Shown here in pieces: positions 1 through 10,096 of a DNA stretch of 64,000 nucleotides. Within the stretch, counting starts at the first letter, position 1. Each line of letters begins with the position of its first letter. Source of the DNA: Candidatus Dormiibacterota bacterium (GTDB lineage Bacteria > Chloroflexota > Dormibacteria > Aeolococcales > Aeolococcaceae); assembly GCA_963709585.1 (NCBI GenBank), contig CAVPXI010000015.1, positions 96,001-160,000 of the forward strand, in the 5' to 3' direction. The position numbers and the translations under genes are program-made. The notes under the pieces are model-generated. The model ran no database searches. It saw only the letters and a program-made list of their open reading frames with translations, and had not been told where the DNA came from.

Positions 1-420
1 ACCCAGGTCGCGGGGTTTGGCCTTCGGCTCGATGCGGCGGCGTTCCTGGAGTGGACCGAGCGAAGCCACGCCTTCCGGACGCTGGTCGACCGATACACGC
101 AGGCTCTGTTCGGACAGATCGCACAGGCGGCCGCATGTAATCGACTCCACTCCAGCGAGGAGCGCCTGAGCCGCTGGCTGCTCATGAGCCAGGATCGCGT
201 CGGATCGAATAACTTCATGATCACCCAGGAATTCCTCGGGCAGATGCTGGGGGCCCGGCGCTCGACAGTTTCCGTGTCGGCCGGCATCCTCCAGCGAGCC
301 GGGCTCATCAGGTACAAGCGCGGACACGTCACGATCGTCGATCGCGAAGGGCTCGAGGCGGTGTCCTGCGAGTGCTATGCGGTGATCAAGGGGGAGTTGG
401 ACCGAGTATCGGAGTCATAA
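1..420 (+). CDS. Crp/Fnr family transcriptional regulator (5'-truncated by window edge)
   Basis: Frame open from base 1: AACNRLHSSEERLSRWLL...ITQEFLGQMLGARRSTVS HTH and terminal SCECY motif. Confidence 0.9.
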   Translation, partial: TQVAGFGLRLDAAAFLEWTERSHAFRTLVDRYTQALFGQIAQAAACNRLHSSEERLSRWLLMSQDRVGSNNFMITQEFLGQMLGARRSTVSVSAGILQRAGLIRYKRGHVTIVDREGLEAVSCECYAVIKGELDRVSES

Positions 421-711
421 GCCGTCAAGAGCGGCTGCGAGGCGGAAGTCGCGCGCCGTGACGCCGCCGACATCGTGGCTCGACAACCCCACCGTGACCC
501 TCCCCCATCCGACCAAGAGGTCAGGGTGATGGTTCTGAGCCTCGGCAACGACTGTCAAGCGATCGACGAACTCCACTGCGGCGACGAAATCCGGGAACGT
601 GTATGACTTGACAAGCTTGCCGTCTTTGAACGTCCAGCCGGAGAGCGCCTGCAGGCGCTTGGCAAGGTCATCTGGGTCGAGAACGCCACGCGTCGGTGCT
701 GATTCGCTCAT
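415..711 (-). CDS. phhB: Pterin-4-alpha-carbinolamine dehydratase
   Basis: 98 aa with F.F.DF..A..F and the EAQNHHPDL...SHDVGGVT.RD signature. Confidence 0.92.
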   Translation of the reverse strand: MSESAPTRGVLDPDDLAKRLQALSGWTFKDGKLVKSYTFPDFVAAVEFVDRLTVVAEAQNHHPDLLVGWGRVTVGLSSHDVGGVTARDFRLAAALDGL

Positions 712-713
712 GT

Positions 714-1577
714 TCAGGAACTGGCCTCAATGTCGCTTCGATGCTCCGCCACATGCGGACGCTGGGCGCCGCCGGTGAGGTCGACGCTCTGATCAGCGGC
801 TACAGCATCCTGGAGCGAGTGCAGCGTGTCGTGGAGCGCTTCGACGAGCTGTCTCAGATCTCGCCTGGGGAGGGAGGTCAACACCGGGTTCGCCTCGGTC
901 TGTGGCCAGGCAACCCCGGAGAGTCGAGGATCCCAGGCTCCGGCCCATGACGGTGCGTCCGTGCCTCGCTCCCAGACTTCCGGCGGATCGGCGGTGCGCA
1001 GGTTGAACCGGTAACGGTTTCCAGACGAGTCGCCGCAGTACGCGACGAGGTTGGCCGCAACGTCCTCAGCGACGACCGCCATGCCCGGGTCGAGGTACCC
1101 ATCGGTATTCCCAACGAAGAGCATGTTCCGAAATGGACCGGGTTCGAAAATGTCGCCTGACGCCAGATGGAGCGTTCCTGAGAAGCCCCTGGCCTCCTCT
1201 CCACTCGAGCGGTAGAGGCCGCCACCCGCGCGCATCCAGACAACGAAGTTCAGCGCGGACCCGTTGCCGACGTTGCGGACCCGGACAGCCGCCCACGGTT
1301 GCTCGCGAATCCCCATGGGTGGCTCGTCGATCAGGACGAGCAGTGGCTGTATCGCTGCGGCGCGATCCCGGTGTGTCCCCTCAGCGAGGGCTCGCGCCGC
1401 TTCCGCCTGCTGACCAGCCGTTTCCAGCAGAGTCAGGTTGTGCTCGACGAGCCGCTTGATTTCGGCTCTCAGGGCACGGGTGCGCCGCCCCAGCCAAATG
1501 ATCGCCACCGCCATGGCGATGATGGCGAGCCCGACCACGATTGCCGCGGCCGCCTCGATAATCGGTGTCCAGTCCAT
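714..1577 (-). CDS. Hypothetical single-pass membrane protein (N-terminal TM, coiled segment, beta-rich domain)
   Basis: Likely start MDWTPII; hydrophobic AAAAIVVGLAIIAMAVAIIWL followed by basic residues; ends 3 nt before phhB. Confidence 0.6.
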   Translation of the reverse strand: MDWTPIIEAAAAIVVGLAIIAMAVAIIWLGRRTRALRAEIKRLVEHNLTLLETAGQQAEAARALAEGTHRDRAAAIQPLLVLIDEPPMGIREQPWAAVRVRNVGNGSALNFVVWMRAGGGLYRSSGEEARGFSGTLHLASGDIFEPGPFRNMLFVGNTDGYLDPGMAVVAEDVAANLVAYCGDSSGNRYRFNLRTADPPEVWERGTDAPSWAGAWDPRLSGVAWPQTEANPVLTSLPRRDLRQLVEALHDTLHSLQDAVAADQSVDLTGGAQRPHVAEHRSDIEASS

Positions 1578-1790
1578 GACCGCAGTAAGTGATGCCGTGG
1601 ATCGCAGTTCAGCAGGCCGGCGAGAACGTTCCAGAGGCATGTGCTCCCTGGCCGCTCGAAATGACGCCACCGGCACCACGAATCTGCGGACGCACCGCTT
1701 CTCCACCCCCTAAACTCGAGTCAAACCCCCGCGCTATCAACAACCCTACACATTGCGGGAGCGGATCGCAATCGTTCGATCAACGAGCCC

Positions 1791-2371
1791 ATGAGCGCGA
1801 CCAGGATTCTCTGCTTTCACGGCTATCACGGCAGCGCCGCCATCCTCCGCCGCCAGATCGCTCCCGTCGCAGCCAGCGTTCCCGCCGAGGTCGAGTTGGT
1901 CTTCGTCGATGCCCCGTCGTTGTCGCGGGGTGGCTTTGGATGGTGGCACGAGGGGTTTCGTGGGTGGGAGGACACCCGCGACTGGGCGATGGAGCTCGTC
2001 GGCCGGCAACAATTCGACGGATTGTTCGGCTTCAGCCAGGGGGCCGCGCTGGTGGGGTTGCTCGGCGCCATCGCTGACGGAGAATCCGCACCCATCTCCT
2101 TCGACATGGCTGTGATGGTCAGTGGCTTTAGAGCAGCTTGCCGGAACACGAGCACCTCTTCCCGCGCAAGCTGGGTGTTCCGTCGCTGCGCGTCATCGGC
2201 CGCGCTGACGGCATTGTGCCGATGCATGATTCTTTGCTCCTGGCCGAGCGCTTCGCTCATCCGGCGATCCTCGAGCACCACGGAGGACATGTCATCCCCG
2301 ACGACCCGGCGATCACCACGCGAATCGCTGATTTCGTACGACCTGGAGCCACGGTCAAGAGCTCGGAGTAA
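1791..2371 (+). CDS. FSH1/DUF341-family serine hydrolase, frameshifted at about 2135
   Basis: ILCFHG and GFSQG nucleophile in the first frame; SLRVIGRAD...HHGGH continues in the 2138..2371 frame. Confidence 0.8.
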
Positions 2372-2382
2372 AGCGATCGACG

Positions 2383-2690
2383 CTCGGCGCGGACGCCGTG
2401 GTGGCCTTGGCGTATCCGCTGCTCGGTCCGGACAGCCCGACTGAATTGCTGGGCACCCGCGACCGACCCTCGTTGCGCAGGGCGGCGAGGACCCGCTCGG
2501 TCGTCCCGATCAGTTCCCGAAGCTACCGCCCGATATCGAGCGGGTGGCGATCCGTGGCGCGAATCACGTGTTCGCCACCGGAGCGCCGAACTCGTCCGGC
2601 GAACCGCTCGCGCAGCTCACCGCCGCGGTTATCGAATGGTTGGATCGCCGGCTGACGACAGGAGCCGGTTACGAGAGCGACGCTGGTTGA
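2383..2690 (+). pseudogene. C-terminal remnant of an alpha/beta hydrolase (KANSL3-like)
   Basis: Manual translation across one frameshift near 2460: ADAVVALAYPL...PTLVAQGGEDPLG...IRGANHVF...AVIEWLD; no N-terminal half. Confidence 0.55.
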
Positions 2691-3280
2691 CCAATGCCAG
2701 ATGCGATAACTGAATCCTGGCTCCACCGGGCGAACGCGGTCGCGAGACCGGTGACCAGCCGGTCGAAACTGCGATCGATGTCGACGGGTAGTCCGAACCC
2801 ACCGCCGGCCTCAAGGGTCACAAAGCCGTGCAATGCCGCGCGCAGGGCGCGGATGGCGTCGATGGCGTCGTCGTCGCGCAGGTCGTACCCCGCCATGACG
2901 TCAAGCGCCACGCGCACCACGTTGGCGGTCGCGATCTCGTCACCGACGTCTCCAGGCACCGGTGCGCGTTGGACCGCGGCGTAGCGCCCGGGATGTCGAA
3001 TGGCCCACGCGCGGTATGCCCGCGACATCGAGGCGACGGCTTCGCCGCGAGCACGACCGACGGACGCGCGAGAGAGAACGCCGGCGAGCTCATCCTTGGC
3101 CCGCATCGCGATCCCGCGTCGGAGTCCGTCGAGGCCGGCGATGTGCTTGTACAGCGACGGCTGCCGGACCCCCAGCCGATCGGCCAGCGCCGCGATCGTC
3201 AGATTCGTCCACCCAACCTCGTCGGCGATCCGCTCGCCCTCCTCGACGACACGGGTCTGGGTGAGCCCCGCTCTAGGCAC
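2669..3280 (-). CDS. TetR/AcrR family regulator with WHG-type C-terminal domain
   Basis: GTG start PRAGLT; LTIAALADRLGVRQPSLYKH HTH; ALHGFVTLE; overlaps the end of the upstream hydrolase. Confidence 0.9.
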   Translation of the reverse strand: MPRAGLTQTRVVEEGERIADEVGWTNLTIAALADRLGVRQPSLYKHIAGLDGLRRGIAMRAKDELAGVLSRASVGRARGEAVASMSRAYRAWAIRHPGRYAAVQRAPVPGDVGDEIATANVVRVALDVMAGYDLRDDDAIDAIRALRAALHGFVTLEAGGGFGLPVDIDRSFDRLVTGLATAFARWSQDSVIASGIGQPASLS

Positions 3281-4106
3281 GGTCGCGCGGGGAGGTGAGA
3301 AAGCGCAGCACGGCGGCCGTGGTGACGTCGGGCTGCTGCGACTGAGGGTAATGCCCGGCCTCGGAGACGATGACGGCTTCGCCACGGAGCACCTCGGCGA
3401 TCCAAGCGGCTTCGGCCTTCGGGTCGGGAAAATCGGGATCCCGGTCGCCCATCATCACCAGGGTTGGCGCCGAGACGCCGCTGAGTTGCGCCTCGGCCGG
3501 ATCGTGGCTCGTGTGCGTCGTGCGCGAGAAGGCTTTGGCATATCCCGGGCGGCGCAGGCTCGCCACCACCCGATCCCGGTATGTCTGAAAATCGTCGGGT
3601 CGCCGGCCGGCGTAGAGCCGCGGCATGTAGGACTTCCATGCCGTGGCCGCCCAGAGCGGAGCCATGGCCACGCCAAGGAGCAGCCGCTGCATCGCGTTCG
3701 TCCGGGCGTTGCGGACGAACGGGCCGACGAGAACGAGGCCGTTCACGAGTTCGGGTCGCTCTGCGGCCATGATGACCGCCGCCGCCGCGCCCATGGAATT
3801 CCCGACGATCACTGCGGGGCCACCGAGCTCCTCGACCAGAGCAACGAGGTCGGCAGCGGTCTCGGAATCGCCGTAGGTCGGGAACGTCGTGTCACTGTCG
3901 CCCTGGCCACGGAGGTCGCTCACGGCGACTTGGTAGCCGGCCTCACGAAGAGCCGGCGCGACGAATCGATACGTGGCGCGCAGATCGCCCATGCCGGGTA
4001 CGAGCACCACCAGAGGACCGTCTCCTCCGACGTCATAGGCGACCCGTCCATCGGATCGGGCCAGATAGCTGGTTGCCTGGCTGCGGGTGGCGGAATCTGT
4101 TTCCAT
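3273..4106 (-). CDS. Alpha/beta fold hydrolase
   Basis: GNSMG nucleophile, DLRGQGDS, GDRDPD, AGHYP. Confidence 0.9.
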   Translation of the reverse strand: METDSATRSQATSYLARSDGRVAYDVGGDGPLVVLVPGMGDLRATYRFVAPALREAGYQVAVSDLRGQGDSDTTFPTYGDSETAADLVALVEELGGPAVIVGNSMGAAAAVIMAAERPELVNGLVLVGPFVRNARTNAMQRLLLGVAMAPLWAATAWKSYMPRLYAGRRPDDFQTYRDRVVASLRRPGYAKAFSRTTHTSHDPAEAQLSGVSAPTLVMMGDRDPDFPDPKAEAAWIAEVLRGEAVIVSEAGHYPQSQQPDVTTAAVLRFLTSPRDRA

Positions 4107-4109
4107 GTT

Positions 4110-4147
4110 GGCTACTGTACTTAGCTTTAAGGCTAATGTCAATAGCC
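4110..4147 (-). promoter_or_regulatory. Sigma70-type promoter TTGACA-N17-TACAGT overlapped by two GCTA-N7-TAGC palindromes (putative TetR operators)
   Basis: -35 at 4137-4142, -10 at 4114-4119, ATG 7 nt after the -10; palindromes at 4131-4147 and 4110-4125. Confidence 0.75.
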
Positions 4148-4159
4148 ATTCGGACCGAG

Positions 4160-4777
4160 CTATCCGTGCCGCCCAGCAGCGATCGATGCCAGCCGCTCCT
4201 CATCGATGACGGTCACCGATCCTGCCGCCGTGGCGATGACACCTTCTCGTCGGAGTGCGCTGAGTTCCCTGCTCACCACCTCGCGCACGGTGCCGGCGGC
4301 GTCAGCCAACCGCTGATGGCTGATGTGCGCGACCGGGCGTCCGCCGGGACCTCGAAGCGACACCGCGCCAAGATGGCGAGCGATCCGCATGGTCGTCGAT
4401 TGTGCGGATTCGTCGGCAATTGCCCGCAACCCCTCTGTCGCCATCGTTGCCAGGTGCTCGGCGACCGCCCACAGCAGGTCAGGTCGCTGTGCGGTCGCTC
4501 GATGAAGCTCGTCAATGGTCGACACCGTCAGGGTGGTGTCGGTGATCGCCTCCGCCTTCCAATCCTCGCTGCCGGCAAGGGCACCGGCAAGGCCGATGAG
4601 ATCCCCGGCGCGCGCATCGCCGATCGTCAACTGCCGTCCCATGGGCGTCGTGATGAAAGAACGAACGACGCCGGTTTCCACCAGGGCGATCATCGAGACC
4701 TGCCCCGGCTGAAAGATGAGCGCACCCCTGGCTGCGTGGAGCCGGTCGGCGCCGACCCCGAGCAGTTGTTCCCACAT
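4160..4777 (-). CDS. Crp/Fnr family transcriptional regulator
   Basis: cNMP-binding-like beta barrel (GDLIG) and HTH ISHQRLADAAGTVREVVSREL. Confidence 0.85.
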   Translation of the reverse strand: MWEQLLGVGADRLHAARGALIFQPGQVSMIALVETGVVRSFITTPMGRQLTIGDARAGDLIGLAGALAGSEDWKAEAITDTTLTVSTIDELHRATAQRPDLLWAVAEHLATMATEGLRAIADESAQSTTMRIARHLGAVSLRGPGGRPVAHISHQRLADAAGTVREVVSRELSALRREGVIATAAGSVTVIDEERLASIAAGRHG

Positions 4778-4975
4778 CCCAGAACTACATGTCGTGCAAG
4801 GTACGCTCAGGATGGGTCCTTCTCGTGCTCAGGGTGTGCGGAACTCGAGTGTGGCCCCCCGACGCCATCGTCGGAGTGGGCGCCATATCACGTAGATGTG
4901 GGCGGAGTGTCACTCCCGCTTTGAATCAGAGCCACCGACCGGGCGACGCTTACCTCGGGGCAGTGTCTCGCCGCG

Positions 4976-5857
4976 TCATGATCCCGTCGGCTCCTGCGAA
5001 CCCGGCTCTTCGGCGGTGAGACGCGCCCGCGCCCTGACGCGCGATGTCGTCGCAGGCACGCTCGGCGCGCCGGCCACGCCGTTGGTCGCGACTCGCTCGC
5101 GCGACATGAAACTTCCGAGCTCCTCGATGGTGCTCATGATCGGAGACGGGAACACTACCGTCGTGTTCTTGTCGACGCCGATCTCGACCAGGCTTTGGAG
5201 GTTGCGCAGCTGAAGCGCGACTGGGTGGGCCATCATGATGTCGGCGGCGACGCCGAGTTGATCCGCCGCCAAAGCCTCGCCCTCGGCGGCGATGATCTTG
5301 GCCCGCTTTTCGCGTTCCGCCTCCGCCTGGCGTGCCATCGCCCGCTTCATGCTGTCCGGGAGTTGGATGTCCTTCAGCTCCACCAGCGTGACCAGCACGC
5401 CCCAGTCCGCGGTGGCGACGTCAAGGAACTGGCGAATGGTCAAGTTGATCTTGTCGGTCTCGGCCAACGTCTCGTCAAGGGTGTGCTGGCCGACCACCTT
5501 CCGCAGCGTCGTCTGCGCGATCTGATTGATGGCTGCGGCGACGTTCTCGATGGCAATGACCGACTTGACCGCGTCCACGATCTTGAAGTACGCGACCGCC
5601 GAGACGTTGATGGTGACGTTGTCGCGGGTGATGATCCCCTGCGACTCGATCGGCATGGTGACGATGCGCAGGGACACGCGGCGCAGAACGTCGATGATCG
5701 GCACAATCGGCCGAAGACCCGGCTTCCGGAGGCCGATCACTTGGCCAAGCCGGAAGTGGACGCCCATCTCGTACTGCTGAACGATGCGAATCGAAAGAAG
5801 CAACCCGAACAGGGCCACGACCACAATGACAATCACGACGATGAGGATGGCTTCCAC
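4976..5857 (-). CDS. SPFH/band 7 (stomatin/slipin) family membrane protein
   Basis: N-terminal TM; [42 protein letters not shown]. Confidence 0.93.
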   Translation of the reverse strand: MEAILIVVIVIVVVALFGLLLSIRIVQQYEMGVHFRLGQVIGLRKPGLRPIVPIIDVLRRVSLRIVTMPIESQGIITRDNVTINVSAVAYFKIVDAVKSVIAIENVAAAINQIAQTTLRKVVGQHTLDETLAETDKINLTIRQFLDVATADWGVLVTLVELKDIQLPDSMKRAMARQAEAEREKRAKIIAAEGEALAADQLGVAADIMMAHPVALQLRNLQSLVEIGVDKNTTVVFPSPIMSTIEELGSFMSRERVATNGVAGAPSVPATTSRVRARARLTAEEPGSQEPTGS

Positions 5858-6172
5858 GTTCAGTGCCTCCAGCTGGGATTGAGGTTCGGCTCCCGACGAT
5901 CCGGGCTCGGGGAGACGCAGCGAGCCACTTGCCGGCAGATCATGCTCCGCCACACAGGTACTGATGAGCGCCGGCCATCACCCAGGGCCGTGACCCGGCG
6001 CGTCGCTTGCAACTGCGCTGCTGGCGCTCCCGGCGAGGAGGGTGATGACGTTTCGGCATGGTGACGCTCCCACCCCACGTTGAACCATACGGGGCCGCGT
6101 TACAACTCTGCGGCGAGGCGATCCGACGGTACGCGGCGACCGGCGCGGCCTGGTCCTCCCCGGCGCCGCCTG

Positions 6173-6829
6173 CTACCGCGGTTGCGCGGTGATCCGGATA
6201 TAGGGCTTGGGCGACCTGTAGCCGGGAAAGAGCTGCTTCGCCTCGTCGTCCGAGACCGAGCCGGCGATGATCACGTCGTCGCCCTGCTTCCAGTTGGCCG
6301 GAGTCGCGACCCGGTGCTTTGCCGTCAGCTGGAGCGAGTCGATCACGCGCAGAACCTCGTCGAAATTGCGCCCGGTGGTCATCGGGTACACCAGGATCAG
6401 CTTCACCTTCTTGTCCGGGCCAACGACGAAGACGTTGCGGACCGTCTGGTTGTCTGCCGGCGTCCGCTGCGCGGGGTCACCCGAGATGCTGGCCGGCAGC
6501 ATCTCGTAGAGCTTGGACACGTTGAAATCGGCGTCGGCGATGATCGGATATGTGGGGCGAGCCCCCTGGGTCTCCTCGATGTCGTCGGCCCACTTCTCGT
6601 GCTTCTCCATCGGGTCGACCGAAAGGCCGATGACCTTGACGTTGCGGCGCTCGAACTCGGGCTCGATCCTCGCCATGTAGCCGAGCTCTGTGGTGCAGAC
6701 CGGGGTGAAATCCTTGGGGTGCGAAAACAGGACCGCCCACGAATCCCCGATCCAGTCGTGGAAGGAGATCTTGCCCTGCGTGGTCTCCGCCTCGAAGTCG
6801 GGCGCCGTGCTGCCGAGCGAGAGAGTCAT
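6173..6829 (-). CDS. 1-Cys peroxiredoxin (Prx6 class)
   Basis: FSHPKDFTPVCTTE active site; YPMTTGRNFDEVLRVIDSLQ; ATPANW. Confidence 0.95.
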   Translation of the reverse strand: MTLSLGSTAPDFEAETTQGKISFHDWIGDSWAVLFSHPKDFTPVCTTELGYMARIEPEFERRNVKVIGLSVDPMEKHEKWADDIEETQGARPTYPIIADADFNVSKLYEMLPASISGDPAQRTPADNQTVRNVFVVGPDKKVKLILVYPMTTGRNFDEVLRVIDSLQLTAKHRVATPANWKQGDDVIIAGSVSDDEAKQLFPGYRSPKPYIRITAQPR

Positions 6830-6923
6830 CGTGGTCCTCCTGGTTGCATCCATTTCGCGCGGCGGTTACCACCACAAACGCCACACAAGTATGCCGATCC
6901 AGTGGTTCCGGCCGTCGCGCGGA

Positions 6924-7739
6924 TCAGATCGGGGCAGCCACCGGCTCGAAGCCGGCGAGCATCGCCTGCAGCGCCTGCTGATTGGGGCCGACGAAGGGGT
7001 TGGCGCCCGGCGCGAGCGCGAGCATGTCGAAAAGCCGTGTTCCCAACGGCCGTTTTGCGGGCGGCAGGTGCGTGCTCAGGATGACGTCCGGGTCGAAAGC
7101 GTGCATCGCCCGGACCGTCTGAAGGTAGCGGCCGGTATCAGCCGTGTGCACCCAGGGGCTGTCGATGGTCGCCCACAGGAGCTGCCCGGCAAGCAGTTCC
7201 GCGGCGGGTACCTCACCGACGTCGCCAGAGCCGGCGAGTTCGGCCGTCGCGAGCGGAGCGCCGAAGCAGTCGGAGCTGAAGCACGCGCGCGAGCGGTCGT
7301 CATAAAAGCCCACGGTGGCCGGGTTGTCGAAGAGCGCCGGGCGGAACGCATGCAGGGTGCGATCACCGACGTCCAGCTTTTCGCCGGGATTCAGCAGGTA
7401 GAGGCGGTCAAGTGGCAGCGGCCGCTCGGTCGACATGATGCCCGCGCCAATAAACGTGGTGATCAGGCGGGCGCGCGGCGCGGCGTCAAGGAGTTCGAAG
7501 AGACCACCGGTGTGATCCCGGTCGGGATGCGTGAGCCAGATCCACCGGACGTCCGCAGGATCCATGACGGCGCTGAGCGCGTGCACGAAGTCACGGTCGG
7601 GCAACCCGAGTCCGGTATCGACGACGACGGGCTCGCGCGCATGCAACACGAACGCGTTGACCGGAAGGAACCCGATGCCAGGCACCTCGAGTTGGTCGCT
7701 GAGAACGGTGACGTGCTCGTTGATTCGATGGGTGTTCAT
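6924..7739 (-). CDS. MBL-fold metallo-hydrolase (FprA-like lactamase domain without flavodoxin)
   Basis: VVDTG, THPDRDHTGG, FSSDCFG, ILSTH. Confidence 0.85.
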   Translation of the reverse strand: MNTHRINEHVTVLSDQLEVPGIGFLPVNAFVLHAREPVVVDTGLGLPDRDFVHALSAVMDPADVRWIWLTHPDRDHTGGLFELLDAAPRARLITTFIGAGIMSTERPLPLDRLYLLNPGEKLDVGDRTLHAFRPALFDNPATVGFYDDRSRACFSSDCFGAPLATAELAGSGDVGEVPAAELLAGQLLWATIDSPWVHTADTGRYLQTVRAMHAFDPDVILSTHLPPAKRPLGTRLFDMLALAPGANPFVGPNQQALQAMLAGFEPVAAPI

Positions 7740-7767
7740 GTGTTGGTTCCCTGTGAGTCGATGGCGT

Positions 7768-8523
7768 TTAGAACGGCACGCTGGTGTTCAGGAGTCCCGA
7801 GCCGGGCGCGCGGCCGGACAGGATACGGCAGAATTCGACGGCATCGAGCTCGAGGTCCGGGCCACCGGTCCCCGCGCTGAAGTGATTACCGGCAGGTCCA
7901 GTGAGCGTGAGCGTGAACGACTGGCCGTGTCGACGCGCCCACTCCGCGACAACGTCGGCGACCAGGCGCCCATCGTGATCCTGGGACAGTTCCACCGCGC
8001 GTCCGATGGCCCGGCAGATATCGACGCGGTGAATCCATGGATCCCGCGTCAAGACGATGTCGAAGAGATAGCCAAACGTCCACACGTCCTCGCCGGGGAG
8101 GCCGGAGGGATACGGTGCGGCACGCTGTTCCTCGGTGGTCGAGCTCCGTCCGGCAAGGCCTCGCGGGACCGTGTCGTGCAGCGCCCGCACCAATGCGTCA
8201 GAGGACAGCGACGCGTGCTCACGCACCTGGAGCGCGGTCATCGCGTCGATGCGCTGCGCCCCGGTCTCGTCGGCGATGCCGGTGGCGACCGTGAACTGCC
8301 GCTTCCGTTCCTCGCCATCCGATTGGAGCTCGAGCATGCCGACGAGGTGTCCGAGCATTTCCTTGATGTTCCAGTCTGGACACTCGGTCTGCACCAGCCA
8401 CTGTTGGTCGTGCAGCTCGTCGACGACGGACAGCAACCGCTCCCACTCCACCGTCGCCAGTTGCATCGCCTCGTCGTGACCGATTGCGGGAACCAGGTCC
8501 ACCGCGGTGGTTCGAGCGATCAT
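7768..8523 (-). CDS. Maleylpyruvate isomerase (MDMPI/DinB-superfamily) thiol-dependent enzyme
   Basis: W...TECPDWNIKEMLGHL and D.WIHRVDI.RAIG motifs. Confidence 0.85.
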   Translation of the reverse strand: MIARTTAVDLVPAIGHDEAMQLATVEWERLLSVVDELHDQQWLVQTECPDWNIKEMLGHLVGMLELQSDGEERKRQFTVATGIADETGAQRIDAMTALQVREHASLSSDALVRALHDTVPRGLAGRSSTTEEQRAAPYPSGLPGEDVWTFGYLFDIVLTRDPWIHRVDICRAIGRAVELSQDHDGRLVADVVAEWARRHGQSFTLTLTGPAGNHFSAGTGGPDLELDAVEFCRILSGRAPGSGLLNTSVPF

Positions 8524-9128
8524 TGTTTCCCCCTCTTCTTGGTCGGTGCGTAGTGCGCGAGGTACATGTCTGTGGCCTCGTCGGCCAGGCGTACCCAGCG
8601 GTCACCACCCGGCTGGTTGGAGGTCTGCTGCGCCGTCAGACCCGCGATGATGGCCGTCCACATATCGACGGCCCGCGGGTCGCTGATGCCACAGGCGCGT
8701 AGCGCCTCGGCGGCGCTTTCGAGGACATCCATCGCCGGCGCGTAGGCTTCCGGGCTCGGCTCGAATCCAGGGATCGTCCGCTGGAACAGCAACTGATATC
8801 TCGCCGGGTCTTCTACGCAGAACGTGATGAACATCCGGGTGCGTCCGCGCAGCGCTTCGATCGGATCACGCGTTGCCGTGAGGCCGTTCACCCGGCGCAG
8901 CAACTCGCGATTTGACTCGGCGAACATGGCATCGTAGATGGCGAACTTGGACGGGAAGTATCCGTAAAGGGACTGCGCGCGCATGCCGACCCGGGCGCCG
9001 AGGTCGCGCATCGCGAGGGCGCCCAGCCCATTGGCTCGGACCAGATCCCACGCCGCGTCAAGGATTTCTCTCCGGGTCGCCGCATAACGCTCCGCGCGGC
9101 GGTCTCTGAGTGCGGGTATGGCTGACAT
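8520..9128 (-). CDS. TetR/AcrR family regulator
   Basis: EILDAAW...LAMRDLGARVGMRAQSLYGYFPSK HTH; 4-nt overlap with the downstream gene. Confidence 0.92.
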   Translation of the reverse strand: MSAIPALRDRRAERYAATRREILDAAWDLVRANGLGALAMRDLGARVGMRAQSLYGYFPSKFAIYDAMFAESNRELLRRVNGLTATRDPIEALRGRTRMFITFCVEDPARYQLLFQRTIPGFEPSPEAYAPAMDVLESAAEALRACGISDPRAVDMWTAIIAGLTAQQTSNQPGGDRWVRLADEATDMYLAHYAPTKKRGKQ

Positions 9129-9165
9129 TATCAGTTATCCTGAACTTTGTCAGTTTGAAAGTCAA
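9122..9165 (-). promoter_or_regulatory. Putative promoter TTGACT-N17-CAGGAT with CTGA..TCAG palindromes (TetR operator candidates)
   Basis: -35 at 9160-9165, -10 at 9137-9142, ATG 8 nt later; palindromes at 9140-9153 and 9122-9134. Confidence 0.55.
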
Positions 9166-9235
9166 GTCCGAGGCGGCGCGCGCCTTGCGATCACCTCGAT
9201 CCGAGCCGTACGCTCCTCGGCTCCCACTCGGTGCA

Positions 9236-9973
9236 ATGACCTCCTTCGTCACCGACATCCGTCAAACGCTCATCCCGGGTCGCGATTCCAGGGACGGTCC
9301 GTTGCCGCCACTGCTGGTGGCGATGACGCTCGTCACCGGCCTTGTCGACGCGTTCAGCTATCTCATACTCGGGCACGTCTTCGTTGCCAACATGACCGGC
9401 AACGTCGTGCTCCTCGGCTTTGCGTTGGTCGGCGCGCCTGGCTTCTCCATCGCCGCTTCGCTGGCAGCGATCGCGTCATTCGCGCTCGGCGCTCTGATCG
9501 GCGGGAAGGTCGGATCGCGTCTCGCCCAGAACCGCGGTCATCTCTTCGGCACGGCCGCGTCGATTCAAGCCGTCTTCATCGCGTCGGCGGTCGTGCTCGC
9601 CGCCATCAGCGGCAATTCGATACCACCGGGGTACCGATACTCTCTGATCGTGCTCCTGGCCATCGCCATGGGAATCCAGAACGCCGGCGCGCGCAAGCTC
9701 GCCGTGCCCGACCTGACCACGACGGTTCTTACCATGACCATCACTGGCATCGCCGCGGACAGCAGCCTCGCGGGTGGTCAGGGAGCGAAGGGCGGGCGCC
9801 GTCTGATCGCGGTGGCCGCGATGCTGGTGGGAGCTGTCATCGGAGCCGCGCTCGTCCTCAACGGAGGCATCGTCTATCCACTGGTCATCGCTCTGCTCGT
9901 GACCACCGTCGCCGCAACGACAAGTCAGATGCTGGCAAGGTCGAGCGCACGCTGGCTCCGCTCCGAACATTGA
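9236..9973 (+). CDS. YoaK/DUF1275 family membrane protein
   Basis: GLVDAFSYL.LG.VFVANMTGN and AMGIQNA...DLTTTVLT motifs; multiple TMs. Confidence 0.9.
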   Translation: MTSFVTDIRQTLIPGRDSRDGPLPPLLVAMTLVTGLVDAFSYLILGHVFVANMTGNVVLLGFALVGAPGFSIAASLAAIASFALGALIGGKVGSRLAQNRGHLFGTAASIQAVFIASAVVLAAISGNSIPPGYRYSLIVLLAIAMGIQNAGARKLAVPDLTTTVLTMTITGIAADSSLAGGQGAKGGRRLIAVAAMLVGAVIGAALVLNGGIVYPLVIALLVTTVAATTSQMLARSSARWLRSEH

Positions 9974-10096
9974 CGCCCCATGGGCGTCGCCTCGCCGTCG
10001 TCGGTGACGGTCGAGCCGACTGGCTAGCGGGTAGGCGGTCTTGGCAGAATCACGGCACGCAGAGAGGCCGCTATCGCGGCCGGCGCACCCGGGAGT

